From an uncultured Actinomycetota bacterium (GTDB taxonomy: Bacteria; Actinomycetota; Actinomycetes; JAFAQI01), in assembly GCA_963770565.1 (NCBI GenBank), contig CAVYQE010000006.1, positions 1 to 64,000 on the forward strand: a DNA stretch of 64,000 nt, read 5' to 3'. The notes under the pieces are model-generated. The model saw only the letters and a program-made list of their open reading frames with translations. It was not told the origin of the DNA and ran no database searches. Of this stretch, positions 8,087-20,482 are shown piece by piece (position 1 is the first letter of the stretch; each line of letters begins with the position of its first letter). Position numbers and translations under genes: made by a program.

Positions 8087-8680
8087 TTACGACGACACCT
8101 TCAGCGGCTTGCTCGCGACCGGCGTACCGGTCACGGCGGCGCCGGTGCCGTCCAGGCGGAACATCCGGACGTTGTACTGCCCGCTCGGGATGTCGACCGT
8201 GAACGAGCCGTTGGCCTTGCACCCGCTCGACAGCTTGGTCGGGAAGACCGCGATCTCGGTGCTGTTGGCCGAACCGCCCGGGTCGGGGATCGGATGCAGC
8301 TGGCCGGGATTGGCGCCCGGCACCAGCCGGCTGACCCCGATCGCGATCACAAGATGCATGTTCGCCGGGCCAGTGCCCGACCATCGGATCGTCGCGCCGC
8401 GATGGATGCTCGCCGAGCTCAGCGCGATCGCCGGCGTCTTGCAGTTGGTCACGAGCGTCGGCGCGCGGGCGTCGAGGCCATTGCGGATCAGGATCGCGAC
8501 GACGATCGCCGCCACTCCCCCGAGCGTCCACTTCCAGGTCGAGCGCTTCGGCAGGTCGACCGAGGTCGCCAGCGGCTTCGGCATCTCGGTGGCGCCGGCC
8601 GCCCGCTCGCGGCGCTGGAACTCGGTCTCCTCGAAGGCGCGTTCCTGCCAGTCGCGGCGGTTGCGCTTCTTCTCTGCCAT
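8087..8680 (-). CDS. Hypothetical single-pass membrane protein
   Basis: 197-aa ORF 10 nt downstream of the Fe-S oxidoreductase; one TM segment then a beta-rich domain with two Cys. Confidence 0.7.
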   Translation of the reverse strand: MAEKKRNRRDWQERAFEETEFQRRERAAGATEMPKPLATSVDLPKRSTWKWTLGGVAAIVVAILIRNGLDARAPTLVTNCKTPAIALSSASIHRGATIRWSGTGPANMHLVIAIGVSRLVPGANPGQLHPIPDPGGSANSTEIAVFPTKLSSGCKANGSFTVDIPSGQYNVRMFRLDGTGAAVTGTPVASKPLKVSS

Positions 8681-8689
8681 CGCGCTCGG

Positions 8690-10783
8690 CTATTCGGCGG
8701 GATCGGGTCCGGCCGGCGCCTCGGTGGCGGTGGCGGCCGCAGGCCGCAGGCCGATCGAGTTGGCGAGCACCTGCGCGATGTCGATCACGGTCACGCCCTG
8801 CGCTTCGCCGTCGGCGCGCTTCGAGGTCACCGCGTCGTCGAGCATGATCAGGCAGTAGGGGCACGACGTCGCGATGATCTCCGCGCCGGTGCCGAGCGCC
8901 TCTTCGGTGCGCTCGACGTTGACCCGCTTGCCGATCCGCTCCTCCATCCACATCCGCGAACCGCCTGCGCCACAACAGAATCCGCGCTTGCCGTGCCGGT
9001 GCATCTCGACCCGCTCCAGGCCCGGTACGGCGTCGAGCACCGTGCGCGGTGCGTCGTACTCGTTGTTGTGCCGGCCGAGGTAGCAGGGGTCGTGGTAGGT
9101 CAGCTTCGCGACGATCGGGTCCTGCGGCGTCAGCTTGCCTTCCGCCACCAACCGGCCGAGCAGCTGCGAGTGGTGCACGACCTCGTAGTTGCCGCCGAGC
9201 GCCGGGTATTCGTTGCCGATCGTGTTGAAGCAGTGCGGGCACGACGCGATGATCTTCTTCACGCCGGCGCCGTCGAGGGTCTCGATGTTGGCCTTCGCCA
9301 TCTCCTGCCAGAGGTATTCGTTGCCGAGCCGGCGGGCCGGGTCGCCGGTGCACGACTCCCCCGCGCCGAGAATCGCGAACTTCACCCCAGCCGCGTGCAT
9401 GACCCGTGCGATCGCTTGCGTCGACTTGCGCGCGCGGTCGTCGAGCCCACCCGCGCAGCCGACCCAGTACAGCCACTCGACATCGTCGGGGATCCGGCCC
9501 GACACGACCGGGATGTCGAACTCGATCGCCTCGGTCCACTCCTCGCGCATGTCGGCGCGCAGGCCCCACGGGTTGCCGTGGTTCTCGACGTTGCGCAGCA
9601 TCGTGCCCGCCTCGCTCGGGAACGACGACTCCATCAGCACCTGATAGCGGCGCAGGTCGAGGATCGTGTCGACGTGCTCGATGTCGACCGGGCACTCCTC
9701 GACGCAGGCGCCGCAGGTCGTGCAGGCCCACAACGCGTCGGGGTCGATGACGTCCGGCACCAGCGACACCGGCTCCATCTCGGAGCCGTCCTCGGCCTTC
9801 GCGCCGAGTAGCCGGTCCGCCTGCGCGAACATCGAGTCGCGCAGGTTGGTGATGATCAGCTTCGGGTTGAGCGGCTTGCCGGTCGCCCAGGCCGGGCACT
9901 TGTCCTGGCAGCGCCCGCACTCGGTGCAGGCCAGGGTCTGCAGCAACTGTTGATGGTGCAGGTGCTCGATGATGCCGGCGCCGAGGACCGCGTCCTCGTC
10001 CTCCATCAGCTTCTCGAGATCCGGCGTCGTACCCAGCGGGCCGAGCGCCTTGGGCTGCCGCTTCATCGAGGCGTTCAACGGCGCGGTGAAGATGTGCATG
10101 TGCTTGCTCGAGAGCACGAAGATCAGGAAGCCCATGACGACCGCGATCTGGGCGACGATGAAGATCGTCTCGAACGCCTCGCTGTCCGGCGTGATGTACG
10201 ACGTGGCCTTCGACGCGAACGCCCACCAGCCGTCGTGCTGGTAGGGGAAGTAGCCGCTCTGGATCTGGGCGCCGCGGTAGAGCAGCAGCGTGGCGATGAC
10301 CAGGAAGATCATCCCGAGGACCAGGAACGCCTGGTCGGTGTGCGAGCCGTAGAACCGGGATCTGCGGTCGAGCCGCCGCGGCGAGTTCTTCAGCCGGATC
10401 ACGGTGAACACGACCAGCGCCAGAACGACCGCGGTCGCGAAGCCGTCCTCGAGCACCGCGACCGCCCGGGTGTGGCCGATCCACGGGAGCGCGAAGTCAC
10501 GGCTGAACAGCGCCCCGTAGGCCTCGATGATCGTCAGGAACAGCACCACGAAGCCCCAGAAGGTCAGGGCGTGCGCGATCCCGGCGACCTTGACCTTGAA
10601 CAGCTTGCGCTGCCCGAAGACGTCGATCAGCTGGGCCTTGATCGCGCCGAAGACGTGCGGGCGCCGTTCGGGCGGGATCGGCGCGCCGGCGAGGACCAGC
10701 CGGGCCAGCCACTGGACCCGGTAGGCCGCGGCGGCGAGCGCGACGACGGTGACAACCAGCCCGGCAACGAGTCGAACGGTCAC
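8690..10783 (-). CDS. Membrane-bound Fe-S oxidoreductase (FadF/heterodisulfide-reductase-like, CCG domains)
   Basis: N-terminal TMs; CTECGRCQDKCP and CTTCGACVEECP ferredoxin motifs; CPHC, YHDPCYLGR, CCGAGG. Confidence 0.92.
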   Translation of the reverse strand: MTVRLVAGLVVTVVALAAAAYRVQWLARLVLAGAPIPPERRPHVFGAIKAQLIDVFGQRKLFKVKVAGIAHALTFWGFVVLFLTIIEAYGALFSRDFALPWIGHTRAVAVLEDGFATAVVLALVVFTVIRLKNSPRRLDRRSRFYGSHTDQAFLVLGMIFLVIATLLLYRGAQIQSGYFPYQHDGWWAFASKATSYITPDSEAFETIFIVAQIAVVMGFLIFVLSSKHMHIFTAPLNASMKRQPKALGPLGTTPDLEKLMEDEDAVLGAGIIEHLHHQQLLQTLACTECGRCQDKCPAWATGKPLNPKLIITNLRDSMFAQADRLLGAKAEDGSEMEPVSLVPDVIDPDALWACTTCGACVEECPVDIEHVDTILDLRRYQVLMESSFPSEAGTMLRNVENHGNPWGLRADMREEWTEAIEFDIPVVSGRIPDDVEWLYWVGCAGGLDDRARKSTQAIARVMHAAGVKFAILGAGESCTGDPARRLGNEYLWQEMAKANIETLDGAGVKKIIASCPHCFNTIGNEYPALGGNYEVVHHSQLLGRLVAEGKLTPQDPIVAKLTYHDPCYLGRHNNEYDAPRTVLDAVPGLERVEMHRHGKRGFCCGAGGSRMWMEERIGKRVNVERTEEALGTGAEIIATSCPYCLIMLDDAVTSKRADGEAQGVTVIDIAQVLANSIGLRPAAATATEAPAGPDPAE

Positions 10784-10849
10784 GCCGGAAGCGTACGAGC
10801 CTGGGGCCGGCGGCGCGTGACCGGCACGCGCCGGAGCCGCCGGCCGAGC

Positions 10850-11029
10850 TCAGAGGTGGTGGGCGAGCCAGCCGATGAACGGGATCATGATCACCGGCGC
10901 GCTGAACACGACCAGCCCGAAGACGATCGTCCCGGCGAGCAGCCTGACCCGCAGCCGCGGCGCCCCGCGGGTGTCCTGCAGCCGGCCCAGCACGCGTGAA
11001 CGGTACGCCGATTTGAGCCGCCTTGGCAC
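10850..11029 (-). CDS. Small hypothetical membrane protein
   Basis: Basic N-terminus plus hydrophobic C-terminus; start moved to GTG 11029 so it does not overlap the dnaK promoter. Confidence 0.5.
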   Translation of the reverse strand: MPRRLKSAYRSRVLGRLQDTRGAPRLRVRLLAGTIVFGLVVFSAPVIMIPFIGWLAHHL

Positions 11030-11071
11030 CGTCCGGGCAATTTCCAGGGTTATCAAGTCACGACAAAATAA

Positions 11072-11145
11072 GTTGAGCCTGATCCGCTCAAGAAGGAATT
11101 GACAGGCCACCCGGCATCGTTCACCATGAGTAAGAGCGACTCAAC
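11072..11145 (+). promoter_or_regulatory. dnaK promoter with two HAIR (HspR) operators
   Basis: GTTGAGC-N7-GCTCAAG (11072-11092) and CATGAGT-N7-ACTCAAC (11125-11145) resemble CTTGAGT-N7-ACTCAAG; TTGACA at 11099, 17-nt spacer, CACCAT. Confidence 0.88.
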
Positions 11146-11192
11146 TTACCGATGAGCCGCACCCCGGACACAGAAGCGAAAGGTCAATCACC

Positions 11193-13054
<1,862 letters not shown>

Positions 13055-13058
<4 letters not shown>

Positions 13059-13720
13059 CCGAGGGTTCCGAGGAGGTCGGCCCGGTCATTCGTGACCGGC
13101 GCCGCCTCGATCCGACGACCGGCGAGGTCCGATCCGGGGTAGCCGAGGCGGCTGCCACGGTCGGTTCCGCGCCGGGTCCCGGTGGCGGGGCGGGCTCGGA
13201 CCTCGAGGCTGAGGTGGCCGAACGCACGGCCGACCTGCAGCGCTTGCAGGCCGAGTACGCCAACTACCGGCGCCGGGTCGAACGCGACCGGCAGGCGGTC
13301 GGCGAGGCGGCGCTCGCGTCGGTCTTCGCCAACCTGCTGCCGGTGCTCGACGACATCGACCGTGCGCGTGCGCACGGCGAGGTCTCGGGCGGCTTCTCGC
13401 TCGTCGCGGACGGCCTCGAGACCACGTTGACCAAGCTCGGTCTCGAGCGGTTCGGCCAGGTCGGCGAGCCGTTCGACCCGACCGTGCACGAGGCCCTCAC
13501 CCACGGCTTCTCCGACCAGGTCGACGAGCCGACCTGCAGCGAAGTGCTGCAGACCGGCTACCGGGTCGGCGACCGGGTGCTCCGGCCCGCGCGGGTCGCG
13601 GTCCTCGAGCCGACCACTCCGCCGCCCGCCGACACAGGTGAGCCGTTCGATGTCGGGGCGTTCGACGAGGCCGTCGGCGACCCGATGCCGGATCAGGATT
13701 ACGACGACTCCACCGGCTGA
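13055..13720 (+). CDS. grpE: Nucleotide exchange factor GrpE
   Basis: [38 protein letters not shown]; overlaps the dnaK stop. Confidence 0.97.
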
Positions 13721-13774
13721 GCGGCAGACTCAGCCATGCACGCCGACGATTCGTAGCGGAGAGGAGAGACGCGC

Positions 13775-14938
13775 GTGAGCGCCCGCGACTATGTCGAGAA
13801 GGACTACTACGCCGCGCTCGGCGTCTCGAAAGAAGCCTCCGCAGCGGACATCAAGAAGGCCTATCGCAAGCTAGCCCGGACCCATCACCCCGACGCCAAC
13901 TCCGGTGACCCCAAGTCCGAGGAGAAGTTCAAGGAGGTTTCCGAGGCCTACGACGTGCTGTCGGACACCACCAAGCGCAAGGAGTACGACGAGGCCCGCG
14001 CGTTGTTCGGGTCCGGCGGCTTCCGGATGCCGCGCGGCGCCGGTGGCCCGGGTGGCGCGACCTTCGACCTCGGCGACTTGTTCGGCGGCGCCGGCGCGAG
14101 TGCCGCGGGCGGACTCGGCGACCTGTTCGGCGGCCTGTTCGGCGGGGGTGGCCGTCGTACCACGGCAAGCGCGCCGCGCCGCGGCGTCGACGTCGAAGCC
14201 GAGGTGACCTTGTCGTTCCAGGACGCCGCCGACGGCGTGACCGTCCCGCTGACGATCTCAGGGCCGCACGTCTGCCCGACCTGTGCCGGCAGCGGTGCGA
14301 AGCCCGGCACGGCGACCCGGGTGTGTCCGCGTTGTTCGGGCACGGGCATGTCGACCCGCAACCAGGGCGGCTTCGCCTTCGCCGAGCCGTGCCGCGACTG
14401 CCGCGGCCGCGGCCTGCTGGTCGACGACCCCTGTGCGACCTGTGGCGGCACCGGCCAGGCGATCACCAGTCGCAACCTGCGGGCGCGGATCCCGGCCGGT
14501 GTGGCCAACGGCCAGAAGATCCGGCTGAAGGGCAAGGGCGAGGCGGGCGAGCGCGGCGGGCCGCACGGCGACCTGATCGTGACCGTGCACGTCCAGCCGC
14601 ACCCGATGTTCGGCCGCAAGGCGCACAACCTGACGCTGAAGCTGCCGGTCACCTTCGCCGAGGCGGCGCTCGGTGCGACGGTCAAGGTGCCGACGCTGGA
14701 CGGGCCGATGGTGTCGATGAAGATCCCGGCCGGCACGACCAACGGCCGGGTGCTCCGGGTCAGGGGCAAGGGCGTCCCCAAGCGCGACGGCACCAAGGGC
14801 GACCTGCTGGTGACGATCGACGTGGTCGTCCCCGAGCAGATGTCGGATGAGTCGCGCGAGGCATTGAAGGCCTTTGCCGCGACTAGTTCCGACGATCCGC
14901 GGGCACATCTCGGAACTGGAGGGACCGCAAATGGCTGA
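13775..14938 (+). CDS. dnaJ: Chaperone DnaJ
   Basis: J-domain HPD, G/F-rich linker, four CxxCxGxG repeats. Confidence 0.98.
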   Translation: MSARDYVEKDYYAALGVSKEASAADIKKAYRKLARTHHPDANSGDPKSEEKFKEVSEAYDVLSDTTKRKEYDEARALFGSGGFRMPRGAGGPGGATFDLGDLFGGAGASAAGGLGDLFGGLFGGGGRRTTASAPRRGVDVEAEVTLSFQDAADGVTVPLTISGPHVCPTCAGSGAKPGTATRVCPRCSGTGMSTRNQGGFAFAEPCRDCRGRGLLVDDPCATCGGTGQAITSRNLRARIPAGVANGQKIRLKGKGEAGERGGPHGDLIVTVHVQPHPMFGRKAHNLTLKLPVTFAEAALGATVKVPTLDGPMVSMKIPAGTTNGRVLRVRGKGVPKRDGTKGDLLVTIDVVVPEQMSDESREALKAFAATSSDDPRAHLGTGGTANG

Positions 14939-15362
14939 CGGCTTCGGCCTCGGCGTGCCGGATGACGACGCGCCGGTCTTCGTGATCTCGATCGCGGCGA
15001 CACTCGCCGGCATGCACCCCCAGACCCTGCGCGCCTACGACCGGATCGGTCTGGTCTCACCTGGCCGGGCCAGTGGCCGCGGTCGCCGCTACTCGGCGCG
15101 TGACATCGCGAAGCTTCGCGAAGTGCAACGACTGAGCCAGGACGAAGGGATCAACCTGGCCGGCGTGAAACGGATCCTCGAGCTGGAGAGCCAGGTCGAG
15201 GCGTTCCGGGACCGGCTGGCCGACCTGCACGCGCAACTCGAGGCGATGCATCTCGAGATCGCCCGACGCGAGCGACAGGTGCATCAGTCCTACCGACGCG
15301 ACCTGGTCCCGATCGATCAGGGCGCGGTCGTGGTCTGGCGATCCGGCGCCAAGGATCGCTGA
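14931..15362 (+). CDS. hspR: Heat-shock repressor HspR (MerR family)
   Basis: FVISIAATLAGMHPQTLRAYDRIGLVSP...GINLAGVKRILELE; follows dnaJ. Confidence 0.96.
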   Translation: MADGFGLGVPDDDAPVFVISIAATLAGMHPQTLRAYDRIGLVSPGRASGRGRRYSARDIAKLREVQRLSQDEGINLAGVKRILELESQVEAFRDRLADLHAQLEAMHLEIARRERQVHQSYRRDLVPIDQGAVVVWRSGAKDR

Positions 15363-15406
15363 CCCGCAACCCCTTCCCCCACCACTGACGAAGAAATGAC
15401 GCTCTG

Positions 15407-17986
15407 ATGGACACTTACCGATTCACCGCTCGTAGCCAGGAGGCCCTGTCCGCGGCCGTGCACGCCGCCGGTGCGGCCGGGCATCCGCACGTCGAGCCGC
15501 TGCACATCCTGGTCGCCCTGCTGGCGCCGACCGACGGGGTGCCCCGCCCGCTGATCGAAGCGGCCGGCGGCGACCCGGCTGCGGTCGCGCGCTCGGCGCA
15601 GGCTGCCCTTGATCGGTTGCCGACCGCGACCGGCGCCACGGTTGCCGCACCTGGCCTGTCGAGCACCGCGCTGGCGGTGGTCAACACCGCGGCCGAGATC
15701 GCCCGATCGCTCGACGACGAGTTCGTCTCGACCGAGCACTTGATCGTCGGTCTGGCCCGCTCCGGCAAGCACCCGGTCACCGACCTGCTGCCGCCCGCGG
15801 ATGCGTTGCAGGAGGCGTTCACCGCGGTGCGCGGCTCGGCCCGGGTGACCAGCCCGGAGCCCGAGGGCACGTATCAAACCCTCGAGAAGTACGGCGTCGA
15901 CCTCACCGCGCAGGCGCGTGACGGCAAGCTCGATCCCGTCATCGGGCGCGACAACGAGATCCGCCGGGTGGTGCAGGTTTTGAGCCGCCGTACCAAGAAC
16001 AACCCGGTGCTGATCGGTGAGCCCGGCGTCGGCAAGACCGCGGTCGTCGAGGGACTGGCGCAGCGGATCGTGGCCGGCGATGTGCCGGAGTCGTTGCGGG
16101 GCAAGCGATTGGTCTCGCTCGATCTCGCCGCGATGGTGGCCGGTGCGAAGTACCGCGGCGAGTTCGAGGAGCGGCTCAAGGCCGTGCTCGCGGAGATCAA
16201 GGACAGCGACGGTCAGGTCGTGACGTTCATCGACGAGCTGCACACGGTCGTCGGCGCCGGCGCGACCGGCGAAGGCGCGATGGATGCCGGCAACATGCTC
16301 AAGCCGATGCTGGCGCGCGGTGAGCTGCGACTGATCGGCGCGACGACGCTCGACGAATACCGCACCTCGATCGAGAAGGACCCCGCGCTCGAGCGGCGGT
16401 TCGCGCCGGTCATGGTGGGGGAGCCGAGCGTCGAGGACACGATCGGGATCCTGCGCGGTCTCAAGGGCCGCTACGAAGCGCACCACAAGGTCGAGATCAC
16501 CGACGCCGCACTGGTCGCGGCCGCGACGCTGTCCAACCGCTACATCACCTCGCGCTTCCTGCCTGACAAGGCGATCGACCTGATCGACGAGGCCGCCTCG
16601 CGACTGCGGATGGAGATCGACTCGCGCCCGGTCGAGATCGACGAGCTGCAGCGCACGGTCGACCGGTTGCGGATGGAGGAGATGGCGCTCGAGCGCGAGG
16701 AGGACGAGGCGTCCAGGGACCGGCTCGATCGGTTGCGCGCCGAGCTCGCCGATCGTTCCGAGCAACTCGCCGCGCTGACCGCGCGATGGGAGCGCGAGAA
16801 GGGCGGACTCAACCGGGTGGGCGAGCTCAAGCAACGGCTCGACTCGTTGAAGACGCAGGCCGAGAGCGCGCAACGAAGCGGCGACTTCGAAGCCGCGTCG
16901 CGGTTGCTCTACGCCGACATCCCGGCCGCCGAGGCGGAGCTGGCCGTCGCTTCGGCCGACTCCGAGCAGCGCGAAGCGATGGTGAAGGAAGAGGTCGGCG
17001 CCGATGACGTCGCCGAAGTGGTCGCGGCCTGGACCGGCATCCCGGCCGGCCGGTTGCTCGAGGGTGAGACCGCCAAGCTGCTGCGGATGGACGAGGCGCT
17101 CGCTACCCGCGTGGTCGGTCAGGACGACGCGGTCCACGCGGTGTCTGACGCCGTGCGCCGCGCGCGCTCGGGCATCTCCGACCCGGATCGCCCGACCGGC
17201 TCGTTCCTGTTCCTCGGCCCGACCGGGGTCGGCAAGACCGAGTTGGCGAAGGCGCTTGCCGGCTACCTGTTCGACGACGAGCGGGCGATGGTCCGGATCG
17301 ACATGAGCGAGTACGGCGAGAAGCACACCGTGTCGCGCCTCGTCGGTGCGCCGCCCGGCTACGTCGGCTACGACGAGGGCGGCCAGCTGACCGAGGCTGT
17401 CCGCCGCCGGCCCTACTCGGTGATCCTGCTGGACGAGGTCGAGAAGGCACACCCGGACGTCTTCGATGTGCTGTTGCAGGTGCTCGATGACGGCCGGTTG
17501 ACCGACGGTCAGGGCCGCACGGTCGACTTCCGCAACGTCATCCTGCTGATGACCTCCAACATCGGGTCGGTGTTCATCAACGACCCGGCGCTCGACGACA
17601 AGGCCAAGCACGAAGCTGCGTTGCGCGCCGCGCGGGAGCACTTCAAGCCGGAGTTCCTCAACCGGCTCGACGACATCGTGGTCTTCCACTCGCTCGGCAG
17701 CGAGCAGCTGGCCGCGATCGTCAACCTGCAGATCGATCGGCTTGCCGGCCGCTTGGCCGATCGCCGGTTGAGTCTCGAAGTGACCGATGCCGCGCGGGAG
17801 TGGCTCGCGATCACCGGGTTCGACCCGGTGTACGGCGCGCGGCCGCTTCGCCGGCTGGTGCAGACCGCGATCGGCGACTCGCTGGCCCGCTCGCTGCTGT
17901 CCGGCGAGATCGCCGACGGCGACACCGTGCTCGTCGACGTCACCGCCGACCGCGACGCGTTGCAGGTGCACGCAATGCCCCGTTGA
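15407..17986 (+). CDS. clpB: ATP-dependent chaperone ClpB
   Basis: Two AAA+ modules ([16 protein letters not shown]), coiled-coil middle domain, GYVGYDEGG. Confidence 0.98.
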   Translation: MDTYRFTARSQEALSAAVHAAGAAGHPHVEPLHILVALLAPTDGVPRPLIEAAGGDPAAVARSAQAALDRLPTATGATVAAPGLSSTALAVVNTAAEIARSLDDEFVSTEHLIVGLARSGKHPVTDLLPPADALQEAFTAVRGSARVTSPEPEGTYQTLEKYGVDLTAQARDGKLDPVIGRDNEIRRVVQVLSRRTKNNPVLIGEPGVGKTAVVEGLAQRIVAGDVPESLRGKRLVSLDLAAMVAGAKYRGEFEERLKAVLAEIKDSDGQVVTFIDELHTVVGAGATGEGAMDAGNMLKPMLARGELRLIGATTLDEYRTSIEKDPALERRFAPVMVGEPSVEDTIGILRGLKGRYEAHHKVEITDAALVAAATLSNRYITSRFLPDKAIDLIDEAASRLRMEIDSRPVEIDELQRTVDRLRMEEMALEREEDEASRDRLDRLRAELADRSEQLAALTARWEREKGGLNRVGELKQRLDSLKTQAESAQRSGDFEAASRLLYADIPAAEAELAVASADSEQREAMVKEEVGADDVAEVVAAWTGIPAGRLLEGETAKLLRMDEALATRVVGQDDAVHAVSDAVRRARSGISDPDRPTGSFLFLGPTGVGKTELAKALAGYLFDDERAMVRIDMSEYGEKHTVSRLVGAPPGYVGYDEGGQLTEAVRRRPYSVILLDEVEKAHPDVFDVLLQVLDDGRLTDGQGRTVDFRNVILLMTSNIGSVFINDPALDDKAKHEAALRAAREHFKPEFLNRLDDIVVFHSLGSEQLAAIVNLQIDRLAGRLADRRLSLEVTDAAREWLAITGFDPVYGARPLRRLVQTAIGDSLARSLLSGEIADGDTVLVDVTADRDALQVHAMPR

Positions 17987-18042
17987 TCATGGCAAAGCGA
18001 GCGGTTTATCGCGCGAAAAGCGCGCTGTTCGCCATGATCAAC
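17982..18042. repeat. 61-bp palindromic repeat, family A, solo copy
   Basis: GTTGATCATGGC...GCCATGATCAAC; supplies the clpB TGA. Confidence 0.9.
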
Positions 18043-18068
18043 TCGGGGCCGCGGATAGTGTCGCGGGC

Positions 18069-18605
18069 GTGAGCGATCGCGAGGAGTTGCTGAGCCGGAT
18101 CAAGCAGGACGCGGTCGTGCACGGCCGGGTGACGCTGTCCTCAGGGCAGGTGGCCGACTACTACGTGGACCTGCGCCGGGTGACGCTGTCTGCGGCCGCG
18201 GCCCCACTCGTCGGCCGGGTGATGCTGGAGACGACCGCTGACCTCGAGTACGACGCGGTCGGCGGCTTGACCCTCGGCGCCGATCCGGTCGCGACCGCGA
18301 TGCTGCATGCCGCCGCTGCGGCCGGCCGGAAGCTCGACGCGTTCGTCGTCCGCAAAGAGGGCAAGGCGCACGGACTGCAACGCCGGATCGAGGGACCTGA
18401 CGTCGCGGGCCGGCGGGTGCTTGCCGTGGAAGACACCTCGACCACCGGTGGCTCGGTGCTGACCGCGGTCGAGGCGCTGCGCGAGGCGGGAGCCCAGGTG
18501 GTCGGCGTCGCCGTCATCGTCGAGCGGGGCGCGGCCGACGCCGTACGGGCGGCGGGCCTGGACTACCGGGGGGCCTACTCGACCGCGGACCTCGGTCTGA
18601 CCTGA
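18069..18605 (+). CDS. pyrE: Orotate phosphoribosyltransferase
   Basis: LSSGQVADYYVDLR, VRKEGKAHG, VEDTSTTGGS PRPP motif; GTG 18069 after TAGTGT-N7. Confidence 0.96.
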   Translation: MSDREELLSRIKQDAVVHGRVTLSSGQVADYYVDLRRVTLSAAAAPLVGRVMLETTADLEYDAVGGLTLGADPVATAMLHAAAAAGRKLDAFVVRKEGKAHGLQRRIEGPDVAGRRVLAVEDTSTTGGSVLTAVEALREAGAQVVGVAVIVERGAADAVRAAGLDYRGAYSTADLGLT

Positions 18606-18625
18606 GCGACCGGGTTCGACCGCCT

Positions 18626-19270
18626 TCAGGTCGCTGCGCGGTGGCGGGCCATGTGCACCAGGAACGGGATGACAGACAGGACCACGACGACCACGGCCAG
18701 GCCCTCGATGTAGTGCCGGATGAACGAGATGTGCCCGAGCCAGTGCCCCAGCAGGATGATCGGGATCGTCCAGATCAGCCCGCCGACCAGGTTCCAGAAC
18801 GCGTACGACGACGCCGGCATCCCGGCAATCCCGACGATCGGGCTGGTGAAGGTTCGCACGATCGGCACGAACCGCGACAGGACGACCGCGCGGGCCGCGC
18901 CGAACCGGTCGAAGAACCGCTCGGCCCGCTCGACGTACGAGCGCTTGTAGAACCGCGAGTCTGGGCGTTCGTGCAGGCTCACGCTGGCGCGGCGACCAAC
19001 CTCGAAGCCGAACTGACCACCCACGATTGCCGCGCCGGCGGCGGCCACCATCAGCCAGCCGAGCGGCAGGTGGATGCCGAGCGAGTTGTCGGCGACGGTC
19101 GCGTATCCGGCCACGAAGAGCAGCGAGTCGCCCGGCAGGAAGAATCCGACCAGCAGACCCATCTCGACCAGCACGATGACCAGGACGCCCACCACCCCGA
19201 AGGTGGACAGCAGGTGGGTAGGGCTCAGGGCGCTGAGCAGCGCGAGCTGATGGCCGAGGGGCTGGTGCAC
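18626..19270 (-). CDS. DedA family membrane protein
   Basis: EMGLLVGFFLPGDSLLFVAG and RFVPIVRTF motifs. Confidence 0.93.
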   Translation of the reverse strand: MHQPLGHQLALLSALSPTHLLSTFGVVGVLVIVLVEMGLLVGFFLPGDSLLFVAGYATVADNSLGIHLPLGWLMVAAAGAAIVGGQFGFEVGRRASVSLHERPDSRFYKRSYVERAERFFDRFGAARAVVLSRFVPIVRTFTSPIVGIAGMPASSYAFWNLVGGLIWTIPIILLGHWLGHISFIRHYIEGLAVVVVVLSVIPFLVHMARHRAAT

Positions 19271-19355
19271 CGGCGCAGGGTAGCGCCCATACTTCAGACA
19301 GGCGTCTCAAGCGGCGCCACCAGGTAGGACCCGAAGCACCACCGAGGAGATCGAG

Positions 19356-20381
19356 ATGCCGATAGCCAGCCCAGAGGTCTACGCCGGGATGATCGACCGG
19401 GCGAAGGCAGGTGGGTTCGCCTACCCCGCGATCAACGTCACCTCGTCCGGCACGCTGAACGCGGCGCTGCGCGGGTTCGCCGAGGCCGAGAGCGACGGGA
19501 TCCTCCAGGTCTCGTGGGGCGGTGCCGAGTTCGCCTCGGGCGCCACGATCAAGGACATGGTCACCGGCGCGGTCGCGCTCGCGGAGTACGCGAAGGTGGT
19601 CGCGAAGAACTACCCGGTCACCGTGGGCCTGCACACCGACCACTGCCCGCCGGACAAGCTGGCCGGCTTCATGCGCCCGCTGCTCGAGCTCTCGATCGAG
19701 CGGGTGAAGTCCGGCGGTGATCCGATCTTCGGCTCACACATGTGGGACGGCTCCGGCATTGACCTGGAGGACAACCTCAAGATCGCCGACGAGCTGTTCG
19801 CGATGTCGATCGAGGCGCACACGATGCTCGAGCTCGAGATCGGCGTGGTGGGCGGCGAGGAGGACGGCGTCTCGAACGAGATGAACGAGAAGCTCTACAC
19901 CTCGCCCAAGGACATGATGCGGGTCGCCGAGGTGCTCGGCGCACCCGGCGAGCGCGGTCGCTACCTGCTCGCCGCCGTCTTCGGCAACGTCCACGGCGTC
20001 TACAAGCCCGGCTCGGTCAAGCTCAAGCCGGCCATCCTGAAGGAGGGCCAGGACTACGTCGGCAAGCAGCTCGGCCGCGACCATCCCTTCGACCTGGTCT
20101 TCCACGGCGGCTCGGGTTCGATGCTCGACGAGATCCGGGAGACCCTCGGGTACGGCGTGGTGAAGATGAACGTCGACACCGACACGCAGTACGCCTTCAC
20201 CCGGCCGGTGGCCGATCACATGATGAAGAACTACGACGGCGTCCTGAAGGTCGACGGTGACGTGGGGGTCAAGAAGGCCTACGACCCGCGTGCCTGGGGT
20301 CGCGCGGCGGAGGCGGGCATGGCGGCTCGGGTCACCCAGGCATGCGAAGATCTCAAGAGCACCGGCACTCGGCTGACCTAG
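19356..20381 (+). CDS. fbaA: Class II fructose-bisphosphate aldolase
   Basis: AYPAINV, LHTDHC, FGNVHGVY, VFHGGSGS. Confidence 0.97.
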   Translation: MPIASPEVYAGMIDRAKAGGFAYPAINVTSSGTLNAALRGFAEAESDGILQVSWGGAEFASGATIKDMVTGAVALAEYAKVVAKNYPVTVGLHTDHCPPDKLAGFMRPLLELSIERVKSGGDPIFGSHMWDGSGIDLEDNLKIADELFAMSIEAHTMLELEIGVVGGEEDGVSNEMNEKLYTSPKDMMRVAEVLGAPGERGRYLLAAVFGNVHGVYKPGSVKLKPAILKEGQDYVGKQLGRDHPFDLVFHGGSGSMLDEIRETLGYGVVKMNVDTDTQYAFTRPVADHMMKNYDGVLKVDGDVGVKKAYDPRAWGRAAEAGMAARVTQACEDLKSTGTRLT

Positions 20382-20482
20382 ATCCGGTCGGCGGGTCGCG
20401 ACGCAGAGGGGCGCCTTGCGCCTCAAATCTCACATCTGCGACGTATCGTATGTGGGTTGACCGCCTGTCCTGAAGGGGAATC

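Noticed and set aside
15317-17971. 884-aa antisense ORF (and similar long ORFs at 7995..10484, 8294..9811, 20423..22015, 31365..32849, 42437..44101)
   Set aside because: Shadow or alternate-frame ORFs of well-supported genes, expected in high-GC DNA with few stop codons.
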